NCBI GenBank assembly: GCA_043228905.1
Contig: JBHGNT010000003.1
Span: 18,290,001-18,354,000, forward strand
Length of the DNA: 64,000 nucleotides
Direction of reading: 5' to 3'
Origin: Azolla caroliniana
Lineage: Eukaryota > Plantae > Polypodiophyta
Shown here: positions 24,388 through 38,500 of the stretch, piece after piece
How positions within the stretch are numbered: position 1 is the first letter of the stretch
Layout: each line of letters starts with the position of its first letter
The notes under the pieces: model-generated
Told to the model about the DNA's origin: nothing
Databases searched by the model: none
Seen by the model: the letters and a program-made list of their open reading frames with translations, nothing else
Made by a program: the position numbers and the translations under genes

Positions 24388-27300
24388 TGAGAGGAATACG
24401 GTTTCCTAAGCTATGCTCGGCCACAACCAAGACGTCGGATCGAGCACAGAAAATAGGGATGTGGTGAGATGTATCTACACACGAAACAGTAAAGAAGAGA
24501 GTGCACTGGATGTTAACGTGGAAAACCCAAATCTGGGAAAAAACACGGCATCCCTTAGACTGCAAAATATCACTATATCAAGATTACAACAATGGGGCAC
24601 ATAGGCAACGACCTCTTGCTCCCTCGCTTCGCCACCAGGCGGTTACAATAGAGGCAACAACCTCTTCCTCTCTTGTCCTCTCTCTCTCTTTGTACACAGT
24701 TACGCTCAGAATTATCACCACACCGATAATCACACAACCCAACTATATCATCATAACTATTAAGTTTGCCCTAGGTCATATTTATACTAATATGACTTTC
24801 GGGCTATTTACAAATATAGCCCTAGTGGGCTCTCTAGAACATATTTACATATATGTCCCTTCCATCCGATGAGAGGTTCTCACCGGGCCTGCAAAATTCA
24901 GTTCTCACCGGGTCTTCCGTTGCCGGGGCCTACAACATCCGGTTCTCACTGGGTCTTCCATTGCCGGGTAATCCACATCCGGTTCTCACCGGGTCTTCCG
25001 TTGCCGGGTATGCCACATCCGGTTGCTCATCAACAAGGTTCTTCTCACTTCCCATCCGGAGGGACCTGTTTCCTAACAAACCCCCCCTTCACTCTGGCAT
25101 GGGATGTCTTACTAGTCCGATCCGCTTCTGAAATGCATTCAGCTTGTCGGGTATCAGTACTTTGGTCAACATATCAGACCCGTTCTCGGCCGTGTGGATC
25201 TTCGTCAGCGCGAACTCTCGATCTTCTACTCACTCCCGGGTCCAATGATACCTACGCTGGATGTGCTTCGTCCTGGAATGGTACGTTGCGTTCTTAGCAA
25301 GGTGGATGGCACTTTGACTGTCACAATAGAGCCGATATTCATCTTGCTGGATATCGAGCTCTCCGATGAAGTCCTTCATCCATAATATTTCCTTGCCGGC
25401 TTCAACAACCGCTATGTACTCCGCCTCCGTGGTTGACAACGCAACCGTCTTCTGCAGCCTCGACTGCCACGAAACAACTCCCCCTGCATATGTCATTACA
25501 TACCCGGATGTAGACCGGCTGGTATCCACATAGGCCGACATATCCGAATCGGTAAAACCATCAAGTTGAGGTTTATTGGAGCCGAATTGGAGACACATAT
25601 TCGAAGTGCCTTTCAAGTACTGGAGTATCCATTTGACCGCGTTCTAGTGCTCCTTGTCGGGATTGCTCATAAACCGGCTCACCGCTTCGACTGCGTGTCC
25701 AATATCCGGTCGAGTACACACCATTGCGTACATTAAGCTCCCGACGGTAGAGGCATATGGACCCTTCCCAATATCCGCCTTCTCTATTTTCGTCTTTGGG
25801 CTTTGCTTACTAGATAATCTGCAGTTTGCCGGGAGTGTCGATCCGACCAGTTTCGCTTCTAACATGTTAAACCGCTGAAGCACCTTTGTCACGTATTTCT
25901 CCTGTGACAACCACAATTACTTCTTTGACCGGTCCCGGATGATGTGCATCCCCAGTATCTGCCTTGCCGGGCCCAAGTCTTTCATTGAGAAAGTTCGGTT
26001 GAGAGCCTTCTTCAGCATATGTATTTTGGCTTGGTCCCGTTCGACGATCAACATGTCCTCCACGTATAGAAGGAGTATCAGGAAGTCGCCTCCTTCGAAC
26101 TTCTTCACAAACACGCAGTGATCGGTTTGCGTTTTGTGATACCCTTGGTCGGTCATGAAGGAGTTGAACTTCCGGTACCATTGACGGGGAGCCTGCTTCA
26201 GTTCGTACAGGCTCTTCTTCAATTGGCAAACCAGGTGCTCCTTCCCTTTCTCCACGAATCCTTCCGATTGCTGCATGTAGATCTCCTCTTCGAGGTCACC
26301 GTGAAGGAATGTCGTCTTCACGTCCAGCTGCTCTACCTCGAGGTCCATGCTTGCCGCTATACTGAGCACCGTCCGGATGGAAGTCATCTTTACTACCGGG
26401 GCAAATATCTCGTCGAAGTCCATGCCCTTCTTCTGCTAGAACCCCTTCACCACGATCTTGGCTTTGTATCTTAGAGGGTTGCCGGCATCTCCCGGTTTCA
26501 ACTTGTACACCCACTTGTTTCGGAGTGCCCTCTTTCCTTTTGACAACTCCACCAATTCATACGTATGGTCCTCATGCAAGGAATCCATCTCGTCCTGCAT
26601 GGCACTCAACCACTTGCGGCTGTTGGTGTCATCCTTCGCTTCTTCGAAGCTTTCCGGCTCACCCTCATCGGTCAGTAGCACATGCTCTGCATCTGGAAAT
26701 CTCTGGGGGGGCCTTCTCTCTCTTAGAGGATATCTCCGTCTTTGGCTTTCGGCAACCGGCTCCTCTATTTGTTCTTCATCCGAATCCGATTCGGGGTCTT
26801 GGCCGGTTCCGGTTTCAGCTTCCTCTACTTCTTCTTTTGCCGGTTTGGTATCCACACCGTAATCGGCTGGTTCCTCGAGTGTCAACCGGCTCTTAGCTGG
26901 GTGGGTCCGAATCTCATCGGAGTTCATTATCTTCTTCTCCGACTCCCAGTCGGCAAGAGTCTTGTCCTCCATGAAGATAATATCTCGACTCCAGAATACT
27001 TTCTGGTCGACCGAGTCCCACACTCGGTAGCCGAACTCATCGTCGCCATAACCGAGGAATATGCATGGTTGGGTCTTTGGATCTAACTTTTCTCTCTGGT
27101 CCTTAGCTACATTCATGTACATAAGACACTCGAATACCTTCAGATGCCGGTAGGACACTTCCTTACCGGTCCAGACTCTCTACGGCATGTCTCCGTCCAA
27201 GGGTATTGAGGGTGATCTGTTTATCACATATGTCGCCGTCGATAGTGCCTCAGCCCAAAACGTCTTGGGTAATTTTGCATGCGCCAGCATACTCCGGACC

Positions 27301-29771
27301 CTCTCCATTATGGTCCAGTTCATCCTCTCGGCCAACCCGTTTAGTTCCGATGTCTTCGGCACGGTAAATTCGAGCCAGATTCCCTTCAAGAGGCAGTACT
27401 CCTCGAACTGCCCCCGATATTCTCCTCTGTTATCTGCTCGAATCGCCTTCAGCTTCCGGCCGGTTTCTCTTTCCACTGTCGCGTGGAGCTCTTTGAAGAC
27501 GGATAGCACCTGATCCTTCATCTTCAACGGTGTGGCCCACAGCTTCCGGCTGTGGTCATCTATGAACGTCACGAAGTACTGCGATCCGACATGTGACTTC
27601 GTGTCCACTTGACACACATCAGTATGCACCAACTCCAGTGGTGTGTTACGTCTCATTGGTGGCCGTGATCGGAAGGAGGTCCGGTTTTGCTTACCAGCTA
27701 GGCAGTCGGTGCACCTCTCAAGATGCACGTCCTTCACCGGAATGAGGTTGTCATCGGCAAGCCTCTTCATCCCCTTCTCACTCATGTGGCACAGTCTCTT
27801 GTGCCATAGCTCACCGGTAGTGTCGGAAGCCACGTTCACTTCTTCCAGGCATAACCGGGCATTCATCAGGTACAACGTGTTGACCTTCCGGGCCCGAGCC
27901 ACTATCAGGCTCCCTTTGCTGAATTTCATGACTCCGTTCCGGATGCTACCCATGTAGCCTTCATCATCTAGCCGACTGGCTGATATCAGGTTCAGTCGAA
28001 CCTTCAGAACGTGTCGGACATCCTTCAACAGCAGCTTGCATCCGGTTGGTGTTGTCAACCACACGTCTCCTATGCCGATAATTCGGCATGTACCTTCTGT
28101 CCCCATCCGGACACAGCCGTGATCACCGGCTGAGTAGGATGAGAAGCATGTCCGGTCCGGGGTAAGGTGGACTGACGCTCCGGAATCGACAACCCACGTT
28201 GTCTTGTCGCCGCCAAGGTTCAACTCACTCTCCTCGGTGATGAGCATCAACTCTTCTTCACTTGCCGCGATTGCCGTCATTCCCTTCCAGTCTGGCCCCC
28301 TCCGGTCTTTACCGTTCCGGTCCGGTGTCCGCTTCGAATCGGTATCGTCGGTTTCCTTGTCTTTTTGGAAGTGCTGACAGTTCTTTTGGAAATGTCTCGG
28401 CTTGCCGCAATAGAAGCAGGTAGGCCTCCCCCTTGACTTTGACCGTGTCCCCGACTTCTTCCAATTCTGGGGACTATGGTTTCTTTGTCTTCTGCATTCC
28501 GATTCGGTAATGAGCACTTTGGAGTTGGAGTTTGTATCCTTGTCTTTCTGACGCGCCTCCTCATCTAGCAAGCTCGACTTCACCTTGCTAGGGATAACGT
28601 ATTCCCTTCTGGCCCGGCGTTGCCCAAAGTGACAACCAACGTTTCCCAACTATCTGGGAGGGAACTGAGCAGGAGTAGTGCTAGTACCTCATCGGCGAGA
28701 GGTACTTCCAATGACGTTGCCTGGTGGATCAGCCCCTGGAAGGCATTCATGTGCTCCGCCATGCTGGAGCCATCTTGGTACCAGAGTCTTACTAGCTTCC
28801 GAAATACCGAAACCTGATTAACAACATTTTTGTTCTGAAACATAATGCCGATCTTTTCCCAGAGCTCATGAGCCTTGCTCTCTTCATTGAAGTTGTTGTA
28901 TAGACTCATGTCGATGAAGCACCGTATGTACGTCATTGTCTTCATGTGCATCACCTCCCATATCGTGGCATTGATTTTGTCCAGTCTCTTGTCCCCGAAC
29001 TGAATCGGCAACCAAAGGTCTTTAACCACGAGCATGTCCCTCATCTTCGACTTCCACACTGAGTAATTGGAGCTGGTGAGCTTGAACATGCCTCCCAACG
29101 AGTCGTCCATTTTTCTGTGTCGTTTTGCTCTGATACCAGTTTGAGGGAAATACGGTTTCCTAAGCTATGCTTGGCCACAACCGAGACGTTGGATCAAGCA
29201 CAGAAAACAGGGATGTGGTGAGATGTATCTACACACGAAACAGTAAAGAAGAGAGTGCACTGGATGTTAACGTGGAAAACCCAAATCTAGGAAAACCACG
29301 ACAGCCCTCAGACTGCAAAATATCACTATATCAAGATTACAACAATGGGGAACAGAGGCAACGACCTCTTGCTCCCTCGCTTCGCCACCAGGCGGTTACA
29401 ACAGAGGCAACAATGTCTTCCTCTCTTGTCCTCTCTCTCTCTTTGTACATAGTTACGCTCAGAATTATGGCCACATCGATAATCACACAACCCAACTATA
29501 TCATCATAACTATTAAGTTTGCCCTAGGTCATATTTATACTAATATGACTTTCAGGCTATTTACAAATATAGCCCCAATGGGCTCTCTAGAACATATTTA
29601 CATATATGTCCCTTCCATCCGATGAGAGGTTCTCACCGGGCCTGCAACATCCGGTTCTCACCGGGTCTTCCGTTGCCGGGTACTCCACATCCGGTTCTCA
29701 CTGGGTCTTCTGTTGCCAGGTACGCCACATCCGGTTCTCACCGGGTCTTCCGTTGCCGGGTACGCCACATC
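24388..29771 (-). mobile_element. Copia element C (Tork-like), near full length
   Basis: 3' LTR 24388-25078, PPT 25081-25090. 5' LTR 29142-~29771 with its outer ~60 bp missing. PBS-Met 29127-29138. Both LTRs contain ~40-bp tandem repeats ATCCGGTTCTCACCGGGTCTTCCGTTGCCGGG. Confidence 0.95.
25089..29110 (-). pseudogene. Copia C gag-pol with frameshifts and stops
   Basis: MDDSLGGMFKLTSSNYSVWKSKMRDMLVV; CFYCGKPRHFQKNC; WVVDSGAS; FIDDHSR; RT YVEDML (from YVDD); RH FTDSDMS. Confidence 0.93.
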
Positions 29772-31444
29772 CCAAAATTTTTTGAAAAAATCTCTTCATA
29801 GTCCATCGGAGCTTGGACATGACGTTTTGCAAATACCTGCCAAAGCATCAACCACCTCCTCTTCCAAGAGAGGCCTCACCAAATTAGCTTGTGCCGCATC
29901 TGAAATTTTGTGTTGCATTCCCTCTAGCACATATTCTATCATAGCAAGTTGTTCGAGGATATTGTAACTATCCGAAAGCAACTCATGATAGTATGAGGTG
30001 ACCGCCTCCAAGATCTCTAAAATATCCTCCGACATAAAGCCATCTTCCTTAACCAGCTTTGTATTGTAGATATAGTTTGTTCTAGTTTGTTTATGCATGA
30101 AAAATTGTTTATTAACCTAATCCCCATTTTTGCTCCACCATGCCGTCGACCTCCTAAATAGCATCGTATTTCTAGATGTAATCAAGTGTTGTAACGTTTC
30201 TTTGGCAGCCTCAAGGCTTGCCCTAAACCATTGGCATCGAGGATCTTTCTGTAATAGCCTTTTGGCAGCCACAATTGATCTCCTTAAACACATTTCTTCC
30301 TCCTTAGACCTCGCAATTCTACTTTTAGTCACCCGATGGAGATAAGTTGAAGTTTCAATAATCTTCCCTCGAAGTTTATCAATTGTGCCACACCCAACCG
30401 AATTGCTTTCCCATATACGCCTTATGTTTCTACTCACCTCTGCATCCTCAAAAAGTTTTTTGTTGATCCTCACATTGTAGTCCCTTGCTGGTCTCCTCTG
30501 TGTTTCTAGCGTTATCTTAACCGGCATATGATCGGAGTAGGCTAAACCTGCAATGATTTCAACATTAGTTCCAAAATTTTCTAGTTCCGAACTGATGTAT
30601 ATTCTGTCTATGCGAGACATGCAAAAGCCATGAGTACTGCAGCTTGCTCTCAAAAAGCTTTGTGAACTTTGAGGCTTTTTTATTACATGCCAGGCATCTT
30701 TCACCCCCATTCGACCCATCAGCTTATTCTTTCTTTCCTTATTTTTTCATGCTTTTTTAGAAGCTTTTTATTTCCTATTTTATCTCCCTCATCTGAGATC
30801 CAAATTTAGAGATTTAAAAAGATACAGGAAGATCCCTTTACGAGCTTTCTAACCCATATTTAAACATGATATTTGGGTGACAAACAAAAGAGTTATGACC
30901 ATTCCTTTTAGACTGTTTTTGGGTGGCCCACTTTTTCTCTTTTTACTTTTCTCTGTGTCTCTTACATTTACTTTTGACTTCTTCTTAAGGTCTTGATTCG
31001 TGTTATTTGCCTCCAAATGTGAATGCTCCATACCTTCTATTCTTCTAATGTTCAATGGCTCGAATTCTAAAAACTTTTTCACAGTATCCAACCTTATCTC
31101 ATTACCAATATGAGTAGTAATGCTCATAGAGCCCTTATACTACTTCACACTCAATCTCACAAGTTAGGTATTGAAGTTGCATCATAGTATCAAAATGTAA
31201 CAAATTTGAAGACATGTAAAGTATGCAATTGGAATTAGAATTAGAATTTTTATCGTCCATAAAGAGGCCAAATTTGACCTATGGGACCAGAGTATACACG
31301 TGTTCTTGATATGTGTCTCCTTCCTAAGAAGAGGTATTCATACATTGAAGCACAAAGTCTCTATGTGAATAAATCATACACATATGACCTCAACCTTCTA
31401 GGTGGAGGATGTCAACCTTCAACACATCAACACGAATCTTTGAA

Positions 31445-32249
31445 CATCCGACATCTTTATGAAAGCCCTAGGGGCTAACAAGCTTCAACAATTCTCGTCG
31501 AAGCTTGGTTTTTCGACTTCCGATTTGCCGAGCTTGAGGGGGAGCAAAGCCAAAAGCTTGACACTAGTGGAGCTAAAAGCGGAGTGGACAAAAGTCAGAC
31601 AACAACGGAGCCGAAACCCAGACATCACAGCCAAAAGCCAACCTGCACCAAGTTGAGCTTGAAGGGGCATAGTAGTTCAAGGCCGAAAGGTTTAAAGCCG
31701 ACAGTTGAAATGCCGAAAGTTGAGCTTGAAGGGGCGTGTTGAGAATCAAATTCAACTCTAGTGTGTGAACACGTCTCAAGAATATGTAATATGTGTGAAC
31801 ACACCACCACTATGTGACATAACTAATGTGTCATAACAGTTACATTCTATGACACATACTTAATGAGTTAGTTAGTTAAGGCTTTCCCCCTTCCCAACAT
31901 TCTAGTGGGAGAGTGGGCGTTATAGTGAGAGAATGTAGAGAGTGTGTGTCTTGAGATATAAATTACTCTCCTCTCTCCTTTGTAACTGTTGGTTGAAATC
32001 ATGTTCTTGTGAGTATACCATTTTTCTATTTTTATTTTGTGTCTCTCTTCTTTCTTCTCTTCTCTTCTCTCTCACTCACACACGCATCTCCAATCTATTT
32101 CTGAATGACATAATCATACACTTGATTATTTACATATTTACATCTCCATCTTTATGTAAAGGTTTGATCCAATTTGTAATCCAATCGTATGCATACCATG
32201 TTGCACTATCTGATTAAACATATCACTTGCATGTGCTAGCATTTCAACC
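31445..32249 (+). mobile_element. Copia 3' fragment plus 3' LTR (31737-~32249)
   Basis: DIFMKALGANKLQQFSSKLG (RNase H end). Three GAGCTTGA(A/G)GGGG PPT-like motifs, the last directly before TGTTGAGAAT. End GCTAGCATTTCAACC resembles the end at 38737. Confidence 0.7.
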
Positions 32250-32642
32250 TTTATACATTGAAGATCACTTGCCTTTCGACAAGCCAATTTGTTAAGTCCT
32301 ATGCATATATTTTTTTCAATTGTAAAGAAGGGAGACATATGTGAAAGAGAACCGTAACACATCATCTTTCCGGCAAGAGATAACTTATATAAATTCTTAC
32401 AATGCATAGAAAAGTCAGGAAGAGTTAAGTCACCATAACTCTTAACACATTTCACTTTTAGATTTCCCCAAATTTTAGTACATACATGTGCTTTCTCTTG
32501 CGTTTAGAGAAATCGTTGAGTCACTTCCCATATTGTTCTCATTCTTTGAATAAGCCTTTTGTACTCATGCAAATGCTTTTCGTAACATTAAATGATATAA
32601 GCATCTACATGTGCTAGAGAGAGAGAACCACTTTATAACATT

Positions 32643-32709
32643 AAATTGGAATGATACAGAGAAGATTAGCATGGCCCCTACGCAAGGATGACACACACAA
32701 ATCGAGAAA
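32643..32709 (+). pseudogene. U6: U6 snRNA retro-pseudogene fragment
   Basis: AAATTGGAATGATACAGAGAAGATTAGCATGGCCCCTACGCAAGGATGACACACACAAATCGAGAAA matches the internal part of plant U6 including the ACAGAGA box. Flanked by a 25-bp direct repeat (32622-32646, 32711-32735). Confidence 0.95.
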
Positions 32710-33625
32710 AAGAGAACCACTTTATAACATTAAATGATTGAAATCGTCAAACATGACATGGATATCAATCATTGTAAAGGAACAGAAAAATCTCTCCTAA
32801 CCAATGGGAAAGTAACTTCTTTTTTGGGGAAAAAGAAGTGACATTGAGAATTGAGTTACATGTTCTTTTCATGCATTTAATGCAAGTACATCTTAAACAA
32901 CCAACCATACAATCTCTCTCATCATACACCAAGTTAGTTGAAATCATATCTTATTCTACTTCTGCATCGACTTTTGAGGGTCTTAAGGGTGTCTCTCGAT
33001 TTGACTTGACACAAACTAATGGAAAAACAACCGCCACCATCTCACACATACACACACACACACTCTCTCTCTCTCAACCACAATGTGCACTCTCGATTGC
33101 AACAATCATTGGTAAAGTTCTTGAACATCAAGAATCGCAACTCACTTTCACATGTATTAGGTGAAATGTAATATTTTGGGTCTCATAGGTCATATTTGGC
33201 CTCCGGAGACGATAATACAATCTCTCTCTCTTCTCCAAGGTACACACACGTACACGTACGCATACACATGACCACCACCACAACCACAATCTTATGATAT
33301 CTCTTGCCTTTGTCCACATACTTGTGAATATAGGAAATGGGCTCCTTCTTCATTCAACCAAGGTAGCCTTCCTTTGTGAAAATAATACACACCCCAATGA
33401 ATGAATGGGACCCATAAAACATCCATTCAAAATGTTTGATTTCTTACTCCCCTTTCTCTGTTCTCACGAGACCTTCTGCTTCCTATCTTCCCTGCAATTA
33501 TCTGTGCCCTAAATTTCTTACCCCCCCCCCCCCCCCTCCCCCCCTTCCTGTTCTCTTCAGATCGGCTTCAATCTCTGCAGCAAATTTAAGTGTGCAAACC
33601 TCTCTTCCACATTACTTCAGCAGCT

Positions 33626-33647
33626 ATGGCTGCTTTTTTCGCCTCAG
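33626..33647 (+). CDS. Putative first coding exon of an unidentified host gene (MAAFFAS|G)
   Basis: GCAGCT-ATG-GCT start context, CAG|GTAAG consensus donor at 33648, CT-rich leader upstream, non-TE-like context. Confidence 0.45.
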
Positions 33648-35539
33648 GTAAGGGACAGCTTCTTGCTCAAAAAGAAAAAAAAAGAAAAACAGGAAATGTT
33701 TTGTTCAAATTCGACTTTATCGCCACTCCTGTTGGCTCTCATTCAGACCCATCAGATCTGATGCGGCTCACTAATTCGGATTCAAATTTTGCTGATTCAA
33801 ATGGATTCCCGTTCTGTTTGAACTTGGGATGTACTGTTCCATCAAATCCGATTCTGTTGAATTCAGAATCCCGATTAAGGTTTCAATTTTGTTTTTGATT
33901 ACTCAAGGGGAATCAGATTGCACATATTATTCTATTGGATTTCCGAATTGGAATGAGCTATTGAATAATCCAGTTTACGTTATTGTATACTATGAAATTT
34001 AGATTTCCTACAAATTTAGGTTTAGTATCATTTGACGAGGCACTTTTGTTTCAACAAATCTTGATAGTCCAATACGAGGGACCATTATACTACATGCACC
34101 AATCATTTGGCAAAGAACGCGAGGAATTAATCCAAGAATGCAATTCAATGGTCAAGAGAGAAGATTATATCACATAACCCTCATGGTCTTGACTCTTCCT
34201 TGTATATTGTTAACACAATTTAGTGATACCATAGTGTTCAATGTCCATTATTTAATCCAATATATAAATGGGAGCTTCCTAACAAAAAATTATGACATTT
34301 GAGTAAAATCATAAAATAGGTTGAAAGATGATAGAACTACCATAGCATCGATTTTCACCTCGTACGTGCATTTCTTGTTACTACATTATTTTGCTTCATT
34401 TTCATTGTCCTTTAAAATATTACGAAACAAGGTATTACCAATTTCACATAGATGATCCCACTTAAGATCCCAATTAGTATTGCCTTAGCATATGCCAATT
34501 TTTTCCCACTAATTTTCTCAACACCCTTATGCATTTTCGAGCTCCCTAATTTGTCACTCAAATCATTACATTCTACCATAATATTGCTCTATTTTGGAGC
34601 AATTATTCCCATGTCAATCTCCCCCACGATGTCATAAAGTTTGTTATCGAGCATCAAAACCAATGGCTATGAACAAGGAGTACAGAGAGCGAGAAAGAGA
34701 GATACAGCCATGCCCGGAGTCATTAGCTCCAAATATACCTGATAGGATTGATGCTAATGCACACTCCATTCCAACCTTTTTCACATAAATAACGTATGTT
34801 ATCCTTTTTTTCGTTCGGTGAAGCTAATCCAATGACATCACTACGTAAAATCTTTGATATATAATAGAAGCAACAAAACAAATAGATAGGTAGTGTCAAG
34901 AAATCAAGTAATTGCTTCGATTATTAATAGTTATATAAGTACAATATGGAATAGTGAAACCCTAACCCTAAATATTTGAAATCTCAAATACAACTTACAA
35001 TAGTAGTCGTTAGCTCTTCTTGAACCTGTTGATCAATTTAACTTTTTCTTCTCCCAGCTACAATTGGCTTGAGAGTCTACATATACCTCTTAAAAGACTA
35101 TTTGCATGTCTTCGCATGCTACCACATATACTCCCCCATGGCGTCCATGAAAAGTACCATGTCAAAGCTTCCTATTGTTGTCTAACGATCTCTTAATAGA
35201 CTTTACGAGGGTTTATCCAATTCTTGTATCACACATTGGAGATTCAAACCTTAGTTGTTATAAAGCATTTATTCTTTTGATTAGAATTTTCTATTCATGA
35301 AGTAAATACTTCAAGACAAGTTGACAATTGATTGCATGGAAGCCATTTTCATATACTACCCTTAGCATCCAATTTCAACCCCTTTAACTCATTGGATAGT
35401 CTTATATTGTTGGTATTTTATGTATTTAACATGTGTTTTAAAATTTTAGGTATTCTATGTATTTAACATGAGGTTTACTAAATAAACTACCTAGGAATGA
35501 GGAATAGGGACCACGAAACCAAGGTAACTGCTAGCTACT

Positions 35540-38500
35540 AAAGATTTGGTTGATTTAGCGGTGCCATCAGCCATTCAAACCCTACTTGACGCAATGCTTC
35601 TTCCGTCACCCATGAAGCTTCCGCTATTGATCGTCCCTGCCACTTGACCAAAAAACGACTTTTTCCCTGTTGAACTTGCTTGTTCAAAATTGCCTCTGGC
35701 TCATAAGCCATGTTATTTTGCTCATCCCAACCCTAGGTCACATCTGAATGAAATCTTTTCAATAGACTAACATGAAAAACATCATGTATTTTTTATGTCA
35801 CTAGCAATTGAAACTTGTAAGACACATTATTGATTTTCTTTGTGACAACATACAGACCATAGAACCTATGATTGAACTTTGGCATTAATCTCTCAGGCAA
35901 TGGCCAACTTGAAGCACTTACAAGCATAAGATCCCTTGGAAAAAATTCCACGTGTTCTCGTTTTTTGTTGACGCGAGCGATCATCTATGTCTTTGTTTTG
36001 TTGAGGATGGCCTCTGCTGTTTCCATCTTTTGCTTCCATGTTTCCAAGAAATTGTCAATATCTAGCTCTCCTCTAGGCCTCCTATCTTTATGTTGAATTA
36101 AACCAATCGGCGTAAGTACATTTTCCCCCATTGCTATTTTAAAGGGAGAAAAACTAGCACTCGAATGAATGGCCACATTATAGCAAAATTCTAGCTTGTC
36201 AACATGATCCACCCAATTTGTCTGATCAGCCGAGATGTAGTAGCGAATATAATCTTCAATACATTGATTAAGCCTCTCAGTTTGGCCATCCGTTTGTGGA
36301 TGAGCCGATGAAGACATACGAAGTTGCGTGCCTAACACCCGAAATAGCGCTTGCTAGAAACCTCTTTGTAAAAGGTGGGTCTCTGTTAGAGATGATTATT
36401 TTGGGCAACCCATGATACTTAAAAATGTATTTAAAGAAAATATGAGCCACATGATTCGCTGTTAGAGGTGGTTTAGCCGGTATGAAATGGGCTTGCTTGG
36501 ACAAGAAATCCACAACCACCATCAATATGAAGGAAGATCCACGATGAAATCCATGCTAATCGCATCCCATGGCCTGGCTGGAATTGACATTTGTTGCAGA
36601 AGTCCAAGTGCTTTCCCTCTCCTCGCTTTCACTGCCTAGCATACCTTGCATGTACGTACATAATCAATAATCTCTTCTTCCATTCTCGGTGTTGAGCGAG
36701 CAAGTCGACCAGATCCGGATCGGATGAATAAGCAAGAGCTGGATCGGTGTCCGGATGATATTGGGAACTAGTAGCCGGATCGGAGACCCGGATGGATTGA
36801 AACCAGTAGGCCGTTAGAGGCCTACGGATCTAGCCTAGTATGTAGGCATATTTTCGGGAGTCAATGATAGTCGCTCATGTGAGTATTGAAGTACCTGTCA
36901 GTCCTTTATGGACTTGTATAAAATCGCTATCTGAGCACATTCTATGTAAAGAATATTGAGAGTATTATTTTGAATACCTCAAAGTCCGACTCGTCACTAT
37001 TCATCCGGAAAGGTCCAGACGGTCTGGTTTGTATCCAGCTATATGTTGATGATTTAGTCATCGCCGGACCCGGAAAGGATGAAATTGGTCGAGTGAAGTT
37101 CCAGTTGTCGGACGCATTTGACATGAAGGACATGGGGGACCTTCATTATTTTCTTGGGATTGAGGTGATTTGGACCCCCAATGGCATATTGCTCTCACAA
37201 AGACACTATGTGTTGAATATATTGTACAAGTTCGGCATGATGGAATGCCGATCGATCTCCACACCCCTGGACCGGAGCTTGAAGCTACGTCCTGACTTCA
37301 GCTTGGCTTGTGATGAGAAATGTTTCCGACAAATTGTCAGAAGCCTCATATACTTGACAATCACTCGGCCCGACATCAGCTACCCGATCGGAGTGATCAG
37401 CCAGTTCATGCAGAAGCCGACCGTTGAGCACCTTTAGTGCGCACACCGGATACTCTAGTATGTTAGTGACACGAAGGACCGGGGACTGTTATACCGACAT
37501 GGTATAGTTGGGAAGCTAGTCGGATATACTGATGCCTACTGGGCTGGTGATGCATCGGATCGCCGATCCACCTCCGGTTACATGTTTTCTCTTGGTAGCA
37601 AAAAGCAGCCAATAGTGGCTCTATCGAGCACTAAGGCTAAATACCGGGGTGCTACCATTGCCACCTGTGAAGCCATCTGGCTTCGGTGACTACTGCGAGA
37701 TCTCCGAATCGAGGTGCTAACCCCGATCCTGATTTATTGTGACAACATAAGCAACATACAACTTGCCAAGAACCCTATATTCCATGCTCGGACAAAGCAT
37801 ATAGAAGTGCATTATCACTTTGTTCGCAGGCGTGTCCTGAGCGGTGAAGTTGAACTTCGGTATGTTCACACGGATTGGCAGGTTGCCGACATCTTCACCA
37901 AGCCACTCGGATTGGACAAGTTGTAGCATTTTTCGGAGATGCTCGGCATTCAACATCTCAATGTGCCGCACTTGAAGGGGAGAACAAGAACGAGAATGAA
38001 TGGCACTGAACAAGGAGCCAAAGAGGAAGAAAGAACCAATGGGGGAAATAAGTAGAAAAAGGAAGCCAAGCCGACCGAAGGAGTCGGCACATCTGAACAA
38101 GTCGGAGCAAGCAGCAGCAACGACAGAGTCAAGAAGGATAGAGCCGACCGGAAGAAGGCCAAGACCCGGACGTGGTCTGATGTGGTGAAGGGCCTAAAAA
38201 CGGAAGATGAGTTGGAGACTACCAACTCGGACAAGAGCTGGAACGAATCGGAGGAAGCCGATTCGGTTCAAGATTCGGAGAAGCCGGATCAACTAAAGGC
38301 CAAGCGGACAAGAAGGCAATGGAAGTCGACACTGACATGCAGGAACCAATGGATCGACAAGCATCAGAGTCATAACAACGAAGGAGCAGAAATGGGCCTA
38401 TTGAGCAGAGAAGCCGACCAAGGAGGTCGAGGTGTGCAGTACTGAATGGGTCGTGGGAAGCGGAACCAGATCGGACGAGGAGCGCGAGCAAGGCGGGAGG

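Larger units (their letters stand above)
22830..30720 (-). mobile_element. L1-type LINE ORF2 (EN-RT), degenerate, split by copia C
   Basis: EN SRIDRIY, SDHMPV (30117-30719); CPSSDGL; WRPITLLN; MLDFEKAYDR; EYADDT; KYLGF. Confidence 0.9.

Noticed and set aside
24873-25025. CRISPR-like array (also 29628-29771, 11304-11428, 7614-7716)
   Set aside because: Contiguous tandem repeats without unique spacers, inside or near LTRs in a eukaryotic context; no cas genes.
30849-31127. 92-aa Lys-rich ORF as a host gene or LINE ORF1
   Set aside because: No recognisable domain or splice support.
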